From the human T2T-CHM13v2.0 reference genome, Homo sapiens, in NCBI RefSeq assembly GCF_009914755.1, contig NC_060941.1: a DNA stretch of 64,000 nucleotides. One strand, given 5' to 3'. A program made the position numbers and the translations under genes. Below the pieces are notes generated by a model. That model saw nothing but the letters and a program-made list of their open reading frames with translations, was not told where the DNA came from and did no database searches. Below, piece by piece: positions 42,272-56,099 of the stretch; within the stretch, counting starts at the first letter, position 1, and each line of letters starts with the position of its first letter.

Positions 42272-42480
42272 CAAGAGTTGGTCAAAATTTTCTGTAAAGG
42301 GCCAGATAGTAAATATTTTTGGCTTTGCAGGCCATATGGTCTCTGTTGCCATGACTGAATTCTGCCCTTGGAGTTTGGAAGCAGCCATAGACAATATGTA
42401 AATGAATAGGTGTAGCTTCAGTCCAATAAAGCTGTATTTACAAAAACTGGCTGCAGGGAAGATTCGGTTCATGGTCTGCT
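42272..42480. mobile_element. MER58A (hAT-Charlie)
   Basis: ttttctgtaaagggccagatagtaaatatttttggctttgcaggccatatggtctctgttgc...gcagccatagacaatatgtaaatgaat. Confidence 0.85.
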
Positions 42481-43206
42481 TTAAACAACAATTCAACATA
42501 CTTTATTTTTAATATAATGCACAACATTTTAAGTTGTTTTTCCCTTCCTGATTATTAAAACTGCAAAGCACTTCTAGAGATGGAGAAAGAGTGATTATAG
42601 TTAAAAAAAAAGATTTGAGATTATTTAGTATTTGAACAATACAAAATGTATTTTCTATAAATATAACGTGATATTTACATGACATATAAAAAATTACTTC
42701 CCTGTAGATTATCTCATTCATTTCAGTAACAACCTGGTTAGTCAGGGTGACAGGTATGATTCTTCAGCCCCATGAAGCTTAAACAGGTTAAGTGGCTTTC
42801 CCAATGTTACAATGGCTAAGTGCAAAATCAGAATTTTACCTTTTCCATTTGGATTCTAAGGCTTTTATTTGGGGCAGCAGACCATTTAGGGACCTGATAC
42901 TTGGTGGTGATGTTGATTCAACAGAAATGGTCCTAATTCAGTCCTTGATGTGCAATTACTGTTAGAAGTGGCAAAGAAATTAAATACCTCTTATATTATT
43001 AAATTAATGGAGAGAGAAAGACTGGACAATTTAAGAAAAAAAAAAGCCTAAAATACTCAGTATTTCTCAGTCCAAATTATGAAGGTAATTTTCTCAATGT
43101 AGCCTTTAATGCAGAACTCCTGAAATTCAAAGAGAGACTCTATGATTCCCTCCTGGCCAACTGGCATTAACTAAATCCATTATGTATGTTTTTGGCTTCT
43201 GTGCAA

Positions 43207-43505
43207 TTTTTTTTTTTTTGGTCCTGAGATGGAGTCTCGCTCTGTTGCCCAGGCTGGAGTGCAGTGGCACCATCTCGGCTCACTACAACCTTCGCCTCCT
43301 GGGTTCAAGTGATTCTCTTGTCTCATCCTCCCGAGTACCTGGGACTACAGGCACCTGCCACCACACCCGGCTAATTTTTTATATTTTTTTAGTAGAGACG
43401 GGGTTTCACCGTGTTAGCCAGGATGGTCTCCATCTCCTGACCTCGTGATCCGCCCGCCTTGGCCTCCCAAAGTGCTGGGATTATAGACAGCCACCGCGCC
43501 CAGCC
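43207..43505 (-). mobile_element. AluSc-like
   Basis: Full Alu; perfect TSD ctgtgcaatttt (43199-43210, 43506-43517). Confidence 0.92.
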
Positions 43506-44073
43506 CTGTGCAATTTTATTGTTACAAATTTCATTATGTAAAAAAGCTGAAAGGAGAGACAAACTATAGCATTAAGAATTTGGGTATAGACAGGGAGCTA
43601 TGAGCACAGGAAACCACGCTCATGGAGCGTGTCTGTAGCTTTCCTGTCCACCTAAGAACTAACCAACTTACAATATTACCGTCTAACTTTCATCTATATT
43701 GATGTTTTTTTCAACAAGAGCAAACTGTTTTGGAAAAACTGTCTCAAATATCTTTACCACGTTGGTCTATGATCACAGGGTTTACAATTTCCATTCTTTA
43801 ACAATACTTTTTCTGAAATGGCTCTTTTAGAAAAAGACGAGTTAAACTATTTTACTGTTGTATGTATATAAAATCTGAGAAAATTGGTAATTTACGATGG
43901 GTCTGGTGATGCTAAAACTACATACATATGAAGATTAAAGCAGCTCTTTAACATAAAGTTAGGTGGGTATGACTTGTTTGAAAAAGTATAGACAGCGGGC
44001 ACAGCTTTTCACAGACTACAAAGATGATATTGCTGATATGTAAGATGAAATGGCAATATGACAAATACAGGCA

Positions 44074-44436
<363 letters not shown>

Positions 44437-46147
44437 TCAAGGGTGAGAGGTGGGACTGAGAGATGTGTAGAAATTTTAGAGTGACCATATTTCCTCACGT
44501 ATCCAGGTAGAGGTAAAGTCACTATATTAGTGGCTATAAAAAATAATACTCAAGGAAATAATTTTCACTTTATAACCTACTTAAGTACAGTTGGTGGCAC
44601 CTTAACTGGAGTCACTGACAATCTCATCTATTGAGATGTATAAAAGCGGCCATGGTGAAATGGTTTCTGAGTCTCTACAAGGGCATGCGTTATTTTTGCA
44701 TCACTTTATTACTATCAAAAGGTAGTGGAAATAGTGCGTGGAAAGCAGTAACATTTGAGTTTTATCTTCCTTCATTCATGACCGAACTCTTACCAGCAAG
44801 AGGCCAAAAGAAAATTGCAAGTGCCATCACTGTAGAACAAATCCAACAAAAAGACTTCTGAGGCTTCTTTAAATTCTTTGCAAAGACTGGGGCCTATAGC
44901 TAGGCTCTTCAGTATTAGGTAAGTCAGTGCTGGCAAGGACCATGAAATCGTCCTGAGTAAATACCAATGCAAGTTCCAATAGCTGTGGGTATGGTGTGGG
45001 GGTGAGCTACTGGGGCCAGTACAGGGGGACACAGTGAGCGTTGAGAAAGTTCTTTAACAAAAGGCTGTCAGATATGATTTACTGAGTTGGACTCCACTGG
45101 GCAAGCCTCACTGAGCACTCTGAATTCGAGCTTTCCACACTGGCAGACTTTTCCATAATCCAACAAAGACATAGAGTTATAGGCAGTTCATAAAAGTGAT
45201 GTCTTTTGTTTAGTCCTAACAGGGTCTCTCAACAGGGGAGACAGAATCAATGAAGTGCTAAATATAATATGAAATCAATTTCCCTTCTCACATCACCCTG
45301 AGGATAAGAAAAGATTCTTGTTTTCCTGGGGCTGCTAGAAACCCCAATGTCTTCCGGGTGGTTGGAAGAGAAGACCAAGAGAATTTAAGAATATTTTTAG
45401 CTTAATTAGTTTAGGCACTTCATTTTGAGACAGATTTAGTGCATGTTTCATCTGTTTAAAGAATCACAGGAGTTTAAGTAAGATCGTTTCTCCAGATAGA
45501 GGGTGAAGTAGTTTGAGAAGAGAGTTATGCTTAATGAGATCCACTTTCAGAAAAAAATGGTATCGGTGGCTGAAGAGAGAGAATACTAAACTATGAGCCA
45601 GGACCAACCCTAATAACTTAGAAAAATTTCTAAACATGGTGATGTAACTATTTGGGTAACTCTGTGTCATAGTAAAGATTTATGGCAGACAGTTTAAGCT
45701 GAACTTGTTTATAAGCCATGCTATGTCTAGGGATATGAGTATACTTCATGTGTAACTACTGTGTAACTATGAGGATGTTGGTAAACATAGATAACATGTA
45801 AAGCATTTTATTATTTTCCTTGATAGAATATCTCATAGAAATGAGGATCAGTTACTTATAGGAGACTGCTAAGGTATGAAAGCTACATCTTATTTTGGTA
45901 TATGATAGAGAATTTTATTTAAATTAGACACTTAGACACTCTGGATCCCTCTATAATGTGTTTTCCAGCCCTGTGACTCTGAATATTATATTCCTATATT
46001 ATATATATATATATATATATCCCTATATTTCTTTTAAAATGTTTTCTTGCTGTAACTAGTCTGTACCAGTCCATCTGAAGTTATTTGTGGCATTAGGTAT
46101 TTTTTCAATTTTCTTCAAGTAACAGCTTATTCAATAGTATAGAGTAA

Positions 46148-46452
<305 letters not shown>

Positions 46453-46554
46453 TCATCCTTTTTTTCGAAACTTATACTGCAGATAGGTAATTCTTAAAAC
46501 TGAGAAAGAATACCTGAATATCAGAGTATTGATTTAATTCCTCTATGAAAAAGA

Positions 46555-46957
46555 TGTCAAGATGAAATTAGATATGAAGAAGATTTATTGGAGAAACACC
46601 TTCGATGGAGAAAATGAAGAGAGACTAGAAGTTGGCAGACACAGGTCTGTGAAAGGAGAGAGGGAAGGAAGAAGGGTAGGGTGGGAAAGCTTGTGCAGCT
46701 CTGAGAAAATCTCAGCCAGGCTAATGAGGATCCCCAGAGAAAAAATGGCCTGTAAGTGGAGTCCTGCATTTAAAAGGAATGGCTCAGCTCTGGCACCCTC
46801 ACCGTGTACACTAGTACCCACATTGTGCTTAGGGACAGAGGGAGTATGGCTTACATTCCCAAGATGAGGCAGCTGGAGGACATCAGCCTCCTATAATCCT
46901 GTCAGCAGACCCTCTCTTGAGGGATAGTCTGAGCCTCATATTCTCATAGTGACCACA
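46555..46957 (-). mobile_element. LTR16-like ERVL solo LTR
   Basis: gaagatttattggagaaacacc...gtgaaaggagagagggaaggaag...gcagctctgagaaaatctcagccaggctaatg...gtgaccaca. Confidence 0.6.
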
Positions 46958-49900
46958 ACTTGGAAATCTCATATGTAGAGTATTATGGAATATTAGTATC
47001 CTAAAAATAAAAAACAAAAAATGAAACTACATGTGTAATCATATCACAAGTCTGATTTCAACAACTGTGACTCAAACATACATGATAGGTACAGACTATT
47101 CAAGGTTAACTCGTGGAAAACTCTAAAACTAAAATAATTTTACCCATGAATTATTTTTCTTAACTTTGGAAAGACCGTTAATTTCAGCATTCACAGGAAA
47201 AATCTTTGGATCATCTCCAAGCATATTAGAGTTCAGTGGGGTCACACTTCCAGAAATAGTAGTATAGGTCACAAGTGTCATTTCTAACAATAAAAGGGTA
47301 ATTCTTGTTCTTAAATAATGAAATATATTATGTGCCCACTAGTAGTGCTCAAGAGGAACAAAGCAGGATAAAAATATGTCTTCACCACCTCTTTATTCCT
47401 CCTTTACCTGCCAGTATTCTTTCAGCTGTCTAAATTCCCCAAAGTTGCTTTGAATGTTGTGCTGCTCCCAACTGTGAAGGAATCAGCAGAGCAAAACATA
47501 CTGGGGTGAATGAGACTTTCTCCAAACATTTCCCTCCTTTGGACTCTACAGTCCCATCTTATGGGTCCATTCATTGACAGTTTTTTCTCTGCCAAGGCCC
47601 AGATGAATGCCTTGCAGACATAATGTGTATTAAGTAAATTCTGAAAGAAAAGAGAACTTTTCAGCTTATTTCCTATATTGAGAGATTTTTTTAAAAATAA
47701 GAGTACACAACAAAGGTAGGGTAACATGCACTCCAGGTGCCCTTCTCAGCCTGAGATAGATCATATGCTTCATGAAGAAACAGACTCATATCTCAGATTT
47801 ATTTAGGATATTATCTGAGCCCAAATGATATTCCCTGCCCAGTTATACTTGCCGTGCTCACTTTTCATAAGAGACAATTTGTTCAGGTCCATTTGTCCAA
47901 CGCAATGCCGAGTTTTAGGCTGTGCCATTGCAGAGGTAGTTGTGCTACCACATGCCCGACCTATTTATCCTTTCTGTGGCTTGAGCATCATTCCCTGGAC
48001 AAATCAATGGCAGCTACGCTAGCAGGGTTTATTTTCTCACAGCACTCATGGCATGAGTCAGAGCTGCTTTGTACATAAAGAACCTCTTGGGGCTGCTTTC
48101 CGCAGAAGAGGCCAATTAGAATTTTATGGACTCTCCAGTACAAGTGTTAATGTTTGATAAAACCTAACTGTGTTGCTCCTTGCACTTAACTGCATTTAAC
48201 CATTGTTTCAGTGCCTATTACTGAAAGAGCTAAGCTTGCATTACGGTCACAGTGCTCATATTTGCTTCAAATCATACTGCATGTTCTTCTTTAGCAAAAG
48301 TCCAAGTTTGCTCATCAACCATTGGCTCCAGGCCCTGGACTAATCATTGCACTTTTTGTTACTGAAGTGAACTTTATCTTCGGATCTTGTCATGGACTTT
48401 AACTTCTGTTTCTAGTTCATGATCATGATTTTTTTTTTTTTAATGATAACTTGGCTCTAAATTCAGGTTGCTGCATGATTACTTAGGACACCAAATTCTT
48501 TGCAGCTCATATGTGGCTGAGCACCATGAACAAGTAAGGGTGTAAGGCTGTGTCTGCCAATAACAGGAGCCCAATAAAGTTAATTGTTTCTCCGTTAGGC
48601 ACTTTGCTAGTGCCCTGAACACATGGAACCGATTATCTGGCACTGCAATGTTGTTAAATAAAATGTGCAAAAAAGAAAATACAATTATTGCTAAAGTAAA
48701 AACATACCACAAGGGGTTATTAAAAAACCAAGATGTTTTACATTTTAAGGATGTTTTGCTGCTACATGTGTGTGTTTGGTGAAAAACGATTAGCTCCAAG
48801 ACAGTGCCGTGCCGGTGTTAAATTTTTCCTTCTGCTTCATTGTCTTCCAGTCACCTGAAATAAATGGAAGCAGACTTTTTCATTCTGAAGGAAAAGAATG
48901 TTTTTTTAAAAAAAAAATTAAAGGCATGTTTAGGCAATGTTGGAATGTAGCCTACTCACGTAAAACATGCATCTTATACTCTAACTAGGATGTTTCTTCA
49001 ATTTAAGAACATATTCAGTTCTATCAGCCCTATGGACAGGTCTGAATTGCTTATGAACTCCGTTTATCTATGAGAGAATATCATCACCTAAACTAACTGC
49101 ATTCTGGAGTAGAATATAAGTTACTTTGGTAGGATAGAATTATAATCCTCTTTTAGTTATGCTTCAGAAAGCCATGGGGGCTTAATAAATACAATGTGTT
49201 TATAAGATAAAGAGTCCTCATCAGCTTCCACTTAGCTTCAAAGGTTTTCCATTTCTCACCAACACTTTAAAATTACATCCCATTGCCTACCTGTAAGGCA
49301 CACATTGGCCATTTTTTATTTTAAATTATTTTTCCCATATTTCAAATAACTGTGATCATAATATATTTAACTAATGCCCACTAGAGGTTATTCAAGAATG
49401 CTTTGTTAGACATTTTTGGGTGTGCACATGTCCTAGAAGGAATCAAACAGTATTTATTTCAGTAAAACACATTATGAGCTATTTGACCTTACAGATTAAT
49501 ACATATATGAGGCTAAAAAACCCTGAGGGTGAGAAAAATAAAAAGACATTTTATATTTTATTATCTAGGTCTTCAATTTTTTTAAGAAAAGTTTTTTTTT
49601 CTTTTCTCTAAAGTACCAAAGCACAATAATAACATACCAACAAAAAGCAGACCTGAAAAAAACAGATTTAGAATCTGGCTGTTAATTGTCTTACCAAAAA
49701 ATGTAGACATGTCTTCCTTGCTTATCAAAGATTCACCCATTAGCACTTCGTAACATCACATTACTTGATTTTACCCAGTTTTACCTACCTTCTTATGAAT
49801 AATCAGAATGATCTATTAGAGACGTGACTGGAATTTTCAAAACAGAACGTTTGTCATTCAAAATTGTCATTGCATATTCATTACAAGTGGATGCTAGTCA

Positions 49901-50543
49901 AACACAACAATGTCTTATGCATTCTTAAAATAATAATTTCAACTGATTATTAGGTCTTTATTCTGCTTATTCTGTAGCCTTTATTTTTAACATGTTAAAA
50001 GAATGATTAGGCTGGCAGAACCTGATAAATGAACAGAAACAGGGATTTTTTTTCCAATGGACAGAATCAGGGGGTTAAATCCTCATAAATTTAAGACAAC
50101 CTTCTTTGGGGCAGAAATACAAAGCACGCTGGCTACAATGAACTAGAGAAGCACAAATGCTTCCTTTTTCCATATTTTAGTGGAGCTTGGCAAGCTTTGC
50201 TCTTTTTTTACTCTCAAAATCACTGAGATGTGTTCACATTCCCATCATAATGTTAAGGACTTCCAAGACCTGAGGCTTAATTAATTAATTAGTTAATATT
50301 TATCCCATGCCATTCTTTTTATTTAGTTCTCAGGGAATATTCGATGAGAGAAAAGTTAGCATTGACCACGTCAGAAGGAAGCAACAGCACATTGAGAAAC
50401 TGAATTGACCCAGAGTGAATAGTTACACTGGAAACACTGTCATTTCCTTCTCAACTTCAATGTCAGACAGAGCATTCATGAAAGAAATAAAATGTATACC
50501 CCAGCTATGACTTTAAGTTGTTCAAAAGACTATGCTTACAGCT

Positions 50544-50850
<307 letters not shown>

Positions 50851-52249
50851 GAATACGCTTACAGCTGCCTAATTGATTTAAGTGATATCAAATATAAAGC
50901 TGTAGCATTTCCAAGAGGAAGTAATTTAGGATAATGTGCTTTAACTTCCCTTTACTTAAAAAGGCAGCTAGCTGACAACAATTTAAAAGGACTTTGTTAC
51001 CATCATGGATCCATCAGTTTTTATGAAATGATGATTCACTATGGATAACCCTGATTTCTTTGAGATTTTGATGTGTGGAGAAAAAGATGATTTAGCTTTT
51101 ATTAATAACCGTTTGTGCAAAATGGAAACAGTCATCGTGTAGCATGTAGCCAGAGGCTATCTGAAAGGGGATCTGGGAGATAATTATAGAATGCCTTAAA
51201 GGACATAACTAGGTTTTGGCAACTTCTTAGAAAAATTTGCACCGAGATTGCTTATTTAATAGGTTAACTAAATCATTCAAACGACTCCTTTTATACTCGT
51301 TACAAGTAATGTAATATAACTACCCTGTACTTTATCGATTTGGCATAATCAACATGGTTTAAAAGAAGCCACATTTTTAAGTTTAATATATAAACATATT
51401 ACATGAATATTGCAATGTTCAAGAACAAAATCTTTTCTCTTAAAAAGTTAATCCTTTAAATTTGTTCTATATTAAACCTGTTTTTGATCAGGTAAAAATT
51501 GGATACATTTTAGTTTAAGACTTATTCTATGCTACCTCTATGATTTTTAAATTCTTCATAGGAAAACATAATTAACACAAAATCTTACTAGAAGTCCTAC
51601 TATGTGAAACAAGCAAAGGAGTATCTTATTACTGTATTTATTTTTTAAATTTAATGTTTATAAATTCAGATCATTACTGAGCTCTCCCATGGAAACTCTG
51701 AAGTTACTCTGACAAACAGGAATATCTCTGAAATCATGGCTTGTAGATGATCGTGGCAATTTTACTAACATACCAATCTACTATTTATTCCTGTATTTTT
51801 ATTTCATTGTATAATATCCAGAAAACCTTGACTATTAAACGAAATAATATACAGTAACAAATTTAAGGTCCTACTCTGCAATTCCAGGAAAATGATCACA
51901 TAATAGAGATATCTTATTATGAGATTTCCACCATGCTACATACATTCAACATAGCATGCTACAAACAAACATAGCATCTCGAAAGAGCAAACATTTTGTA
52001 TATGCTATATGTGTTTGTAAAGGTTTTAGAGGCAATAAGCATGTATATTATGTATATTAAAAAGTTACGAATCATTTTGTTCTAAATCATTACAGCATTT
52101 TCTCTGGAATATAGCATTTTCAGAACCACAATGCTCATTGAAGGAATTGAAGAAAAATAATTATAATTTTATTCTTAGCATTTATAATTGATTTAATAAA
52201 AGCAACATGAGAATAATTTAAGAATGAGTAAAAACAGGGGTTTTGTTTG

Positions 52250-53410
52250 TGAGTAGCAGAGGGTCCCTAATAATAGGGTATTAACAATGAAAATGTATTT
52301 CTCTTTTACTTAAGCAAAAGCCAGAGATAGGTAGATGAATTCATCCTCAGTTTCATATTCGCTTTTTAGCCATGAGGACAGAGCCAGAGGTTGGGAAGGG
52401 TACACGGCTCTTAACCCTTCAAGGATACTTTTTGACATTGTCATACTACTTCTACTCACATCCCATTAATTAGAAATAAGTAATATGTGTGGCTAACAAT
52501 CATAGGAAAAAAAGCTAAACATCACTAATTATTAGAGTAATGCAAATCAAAATCACAACGAGATACCATCTCATACCAACCAGAATGGCTATCATTAAAA
52601 AGTCAAAAAATAACAGATGTTGGTGAGATTGTGGAGAAAAAGGAACACTTATACACTGTTGGTGGGGATTTAAATTAGTTCAACCATTGTGGAAGACAGT
52701 GTGATGATTCCTCAAAAACCTAAAGACAGAAATACCGTTTGACCTAGCAATTCCATTACTAAGTATTTACCCAAAGGAATATACATTGTTGTATGATGAA
52801 GACACATGCACACATAGGTTCACTGCAGCACTATTTACAATAGCAAAAACATGGAATCAACCTAAATGCCTATCAATGGTAGATTGGATAAAGCAAATCT
52901 GATACACATACAACATAGAATACTATACAGCCATAAAAAACAATGAGATCAATGTCCTTTGCAGGGACATGGATGGAGCTGGAGGTCATTATTCTTAACA
53001 AACTAAGGCAGGAACAGAAGACCAAATACAACATGTTCTTGCTTATAAGTGAGAGCCGAATGATGAGAACACATGGACACATAGAAGGGAACAACACACA
53101 CTGGGGCCTATGAAAGGGTAGAGGATGGGAGGAGGAAGAGGATCAAAAAAATTAACTAATAGATACTAGGCTTAATACCTGGATGATGAAATAATTTGTC
53201 CAACAGACCCACATGACACACATCTACCTATGTAACAAAACTATTTTGTTGTAAATAAGATATCTATTACTATGTAAAAAGTTAACTTTTTAACTTTTTT
53301 AACTTAAAAGTTGAAAAGAAAGAAAGAAGCAATATGACCATATATACTTGCAGGGAATTTGGGAACTGTGATCTTTATCTGGAGTTTCTGTATTTTCTAC
53401 AACGACGAAA
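52250..53410 (-). mobile_element. Old MLT1 (J/K/L-type) LTR split by an L1
   Basis: acttctactcacatcccatt...[L1]...accatatatacttgcagggaatttgggaactgtgatcttta rejoins across the L1. Confidence 0.55.
52488..53320 (+). mobile_element. 5'-truncated L1 (L1PA13-16-type) 3' end
   Basis: ORF2 end plus 3'UTR in sense; TSD agaaataagtaatatg / agaaagaagcaatatg. Confidence 0.9.
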
Positions 53411-53844
53411 GAAGAAGGAAAGGAACCAGATCCCAAACACTAAGAAAGAGTAAATTCCACCTGTTGCTCTAAATCATGGCATATTGACTTTACATTTGGA
53501 GCTTGTAAGTCTTGTAAAACGCCCCAGCTCTGTCCTCTGGATCTTGAAACAAGAATCATTATGGGTTTTCTGTAGAAGTTTTAGCCATCACTTCCATACC
53601 CAAGGTCAAGAATGATACGTGCCCTCAGGCTGGAAGCAGTGAATACAAAAATAACTTTCAGTATCATTTCCTTCCTTGTAGGGTCAACCTCAGCTTAATT
53701 CTTCCTTGTTTCCATTGCTTTCCAATGCCTTCAGGGAATTGTTTTTTGTATTTTGTCTAGAATTTATAGTTGTTATCTGTAGGACAGTTAGTCCAACGGG
53801 AGTTTACCAGCCATAACTAGAAGAGGAAGCTCATGGAAGTTTTT

Positions 53845-54580
53845 TCCCTGATATTTTCATGGATGGTTTCTTCCTGTCACTCAGATCCAACATAAATGTC
53901 ACCTTTTTACTAAGACTTTTCCCGACCTTGATTTAAAGTAGCCCTCAATCTCTTGTTTCAGCACTACAAGGACTTGTAGCATAGGTAGCACTAAAAGCAG
54001 CCTGTTTTAAGACTGCTTGTAGTGCTACCAATTACCTAAATTTTCTTTCCTTCCTTATTTAACTTATGCATGGCTGTCTCCCTCTGTTCCATCAGATCAT
54101 TGTTCAAAAACACTTCTGCTACATTCCTAAACAAACACATAAACACACATAAATACAAACACATGCACACTTAGCTGGAATTCCCATACTTTCTAATCTG
54201 CCCAGGATAGTCTCAGATTATGCCTATTTTCATGCCATAATAATTCAGAACATCTATTACTCATAATTTAATAAATTGGACTAATAAATTATATGATAAT
54301 CATCAAAACACCTATTATGCTAATTGATTTCTCTTTATAACAATGATTACCACCTGATATACTAAAATATATGTGTGTATATATAGAAATACATAAAACA
54401 TATTACAGGTAACATATGTCTATACATTAGACTATATGTCTGTCTCCTCATTCCACAACATAAATTTATGAGGGCAGGGACTTTGTTTTGCTGTTACAAT
54501 ACTGCTAGCTAGGACAGCTCTTGGCACATCAAAGATATTCAATAAGGATTTGTTGAAGAAGTAAATGAATAAATCAATTA
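53845..54580 (+). mobile_element. L2 3'-region fragments (with a possible MER94/81-like insert at ~54185-54300)
   Basis: catggatggtttcttcctgtcactcagatc...aaatgtcacc; atgagggcagggactttg...caataaggatttgttgaagaagtaaatgaat. Confidence 0.6.
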
Positions 54581-54973
54581 GTTTTCTTTACATACTGTAA
54601 CAGAATACAAAATTCATGATGCTGAGAATTTGTAATTGTATTTCTCTATCTTATCCCCTGTCCCAGGCATACAGTAGGCCCTAATTACATTAATGAATTT
54701 ATCTTACAACATATGATTAATATTTTTTCTTTTAAATTGTTAACTAATCATAGGGGAATGATGAGCTATGATGCCTGCATAGGCAACTCATTTGGGTTCC
54801 TTTTGATGCTGTTCAGATCTTGTTTACCCCAATAACTATGGGTTTTAGCAACAATCATATTTCCATTTATATTGTATGAACAGAGAGAAGGCAATTTCTA
54901 AACTGTCAAAAAGGCAGAACAATGGCTATCAGTGTTCACAGATGGTCATGTCCTCGCCATTGGGATGTGTGGG

Positions 54974-55572
54974 TGTAAGGTACGTGGATGTGCTTTGGTC
55001 AAAGAATAGGCCGAGGCACATATCTAGGTGCCTGCATGAATCAGCGAGTTTGGCGCACACCTGCGCACACCTCCACTTGTTATATAACCTGTTTGTGTAA
55101 GTTCATACTTGGCTTGGAGCCACTATTGGCTATAAAAGGTATAACTGCCCTGTTGACACTGTGCACAAGCGACATGGCTCTTGGGGTGCAGTTTGGCTCA
55201 ACATGGCTTAATGTGGTGGGCACATGGGCACCCAGAGAAAGAGAGAGCCAGCGCTGTCCTTCTTGTAGTTGGACAGGAGGGAGCAAGGACACAGCTTGGC
55301 TTGCTTGTGCCCTGAGAGAGAAGGAGTTAAGCTGCTGACCCGGAAGGCAAGGGAGAGCCGGTCACACAGCTGTGTGTGAGGGTGGCTGGCTTAGGCAGCC
55401 TAGACAGGGCAAACAGTGTAAGAGTAAGCTGCTAGTGAGAAAGCTGTTGATGAAAACTGCTGTGAATAAAACCATATTCACCTGACTATGGCCCCCAGAG
55501 TGTTCCTTCTGCTCATCCACCCACTCCCCTCGGACTGCAACATGGGGTGGACCTGGATCCCGGGATCTGACA
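54974..55572 (+). repeat. 5' LTR (LTR18-type)
   Basis: TG...CA termini, TATAAAA at 55131-55137, AATAAA at 55465-55470. Confidence 0.9.
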
Positions 55573-55574
55573 AT

Positions 55575-55592
55575 TGGTGATGAGGATGGGAT
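55575..55592 (+). other. Primer-binding site complementary to tRNA-Ser(GCT)
   Basis: TGGTGATGAGGATGGGAT = TGGCGACGAGGATGGGAT with two CpG>TpG changes, 2 nt after the 5' LTR. Confidence 0.85.
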
Positions 55593-56099
55593 GAGGTGAG
55601 TGGGTCTTCAGCCCCTGAGGGCTCCTGGGCTGGCTGTAGCACCAAGGTGCATAGCACCAAGGAAAAATGTGCCTTTGCCAGCAGAGTCAGATGGGCGTTG
55701 TGACTGGGTTGCAGGATGTGCATGCCCAGTACCTGCAGGATGTCATGCAGGGAGGAGGAAAAACCTCTGTTGCAGGCTCACCCAGTAATCTGCCAAAAAA
55801 TAAAGCATGAGCAGCTGTTGGGCTGCAAGGGGAGAGCCCGGGGACCATACCTGCCTATTGTGGTGGAGCACACTTCATAGTGACTACAACCCCAGTGAGT
55901 TGTGGGAGTTTAAGCAAGTAATGTCGGCAGTCACGTACAAACTTAGTGCAAGTCATTCAGGAGAAGGACATGGCTGTGCAACCTAGTCCCACCAGGACAC
56001 TGCAGCTCAAGGACTATTTGCAGACAGGCAGAGATATGAAGCCTTTTCTGTTTGATAAGACAACTGGCCAAGGTGCCTGGCTTGCGGGGCACTGGACGA

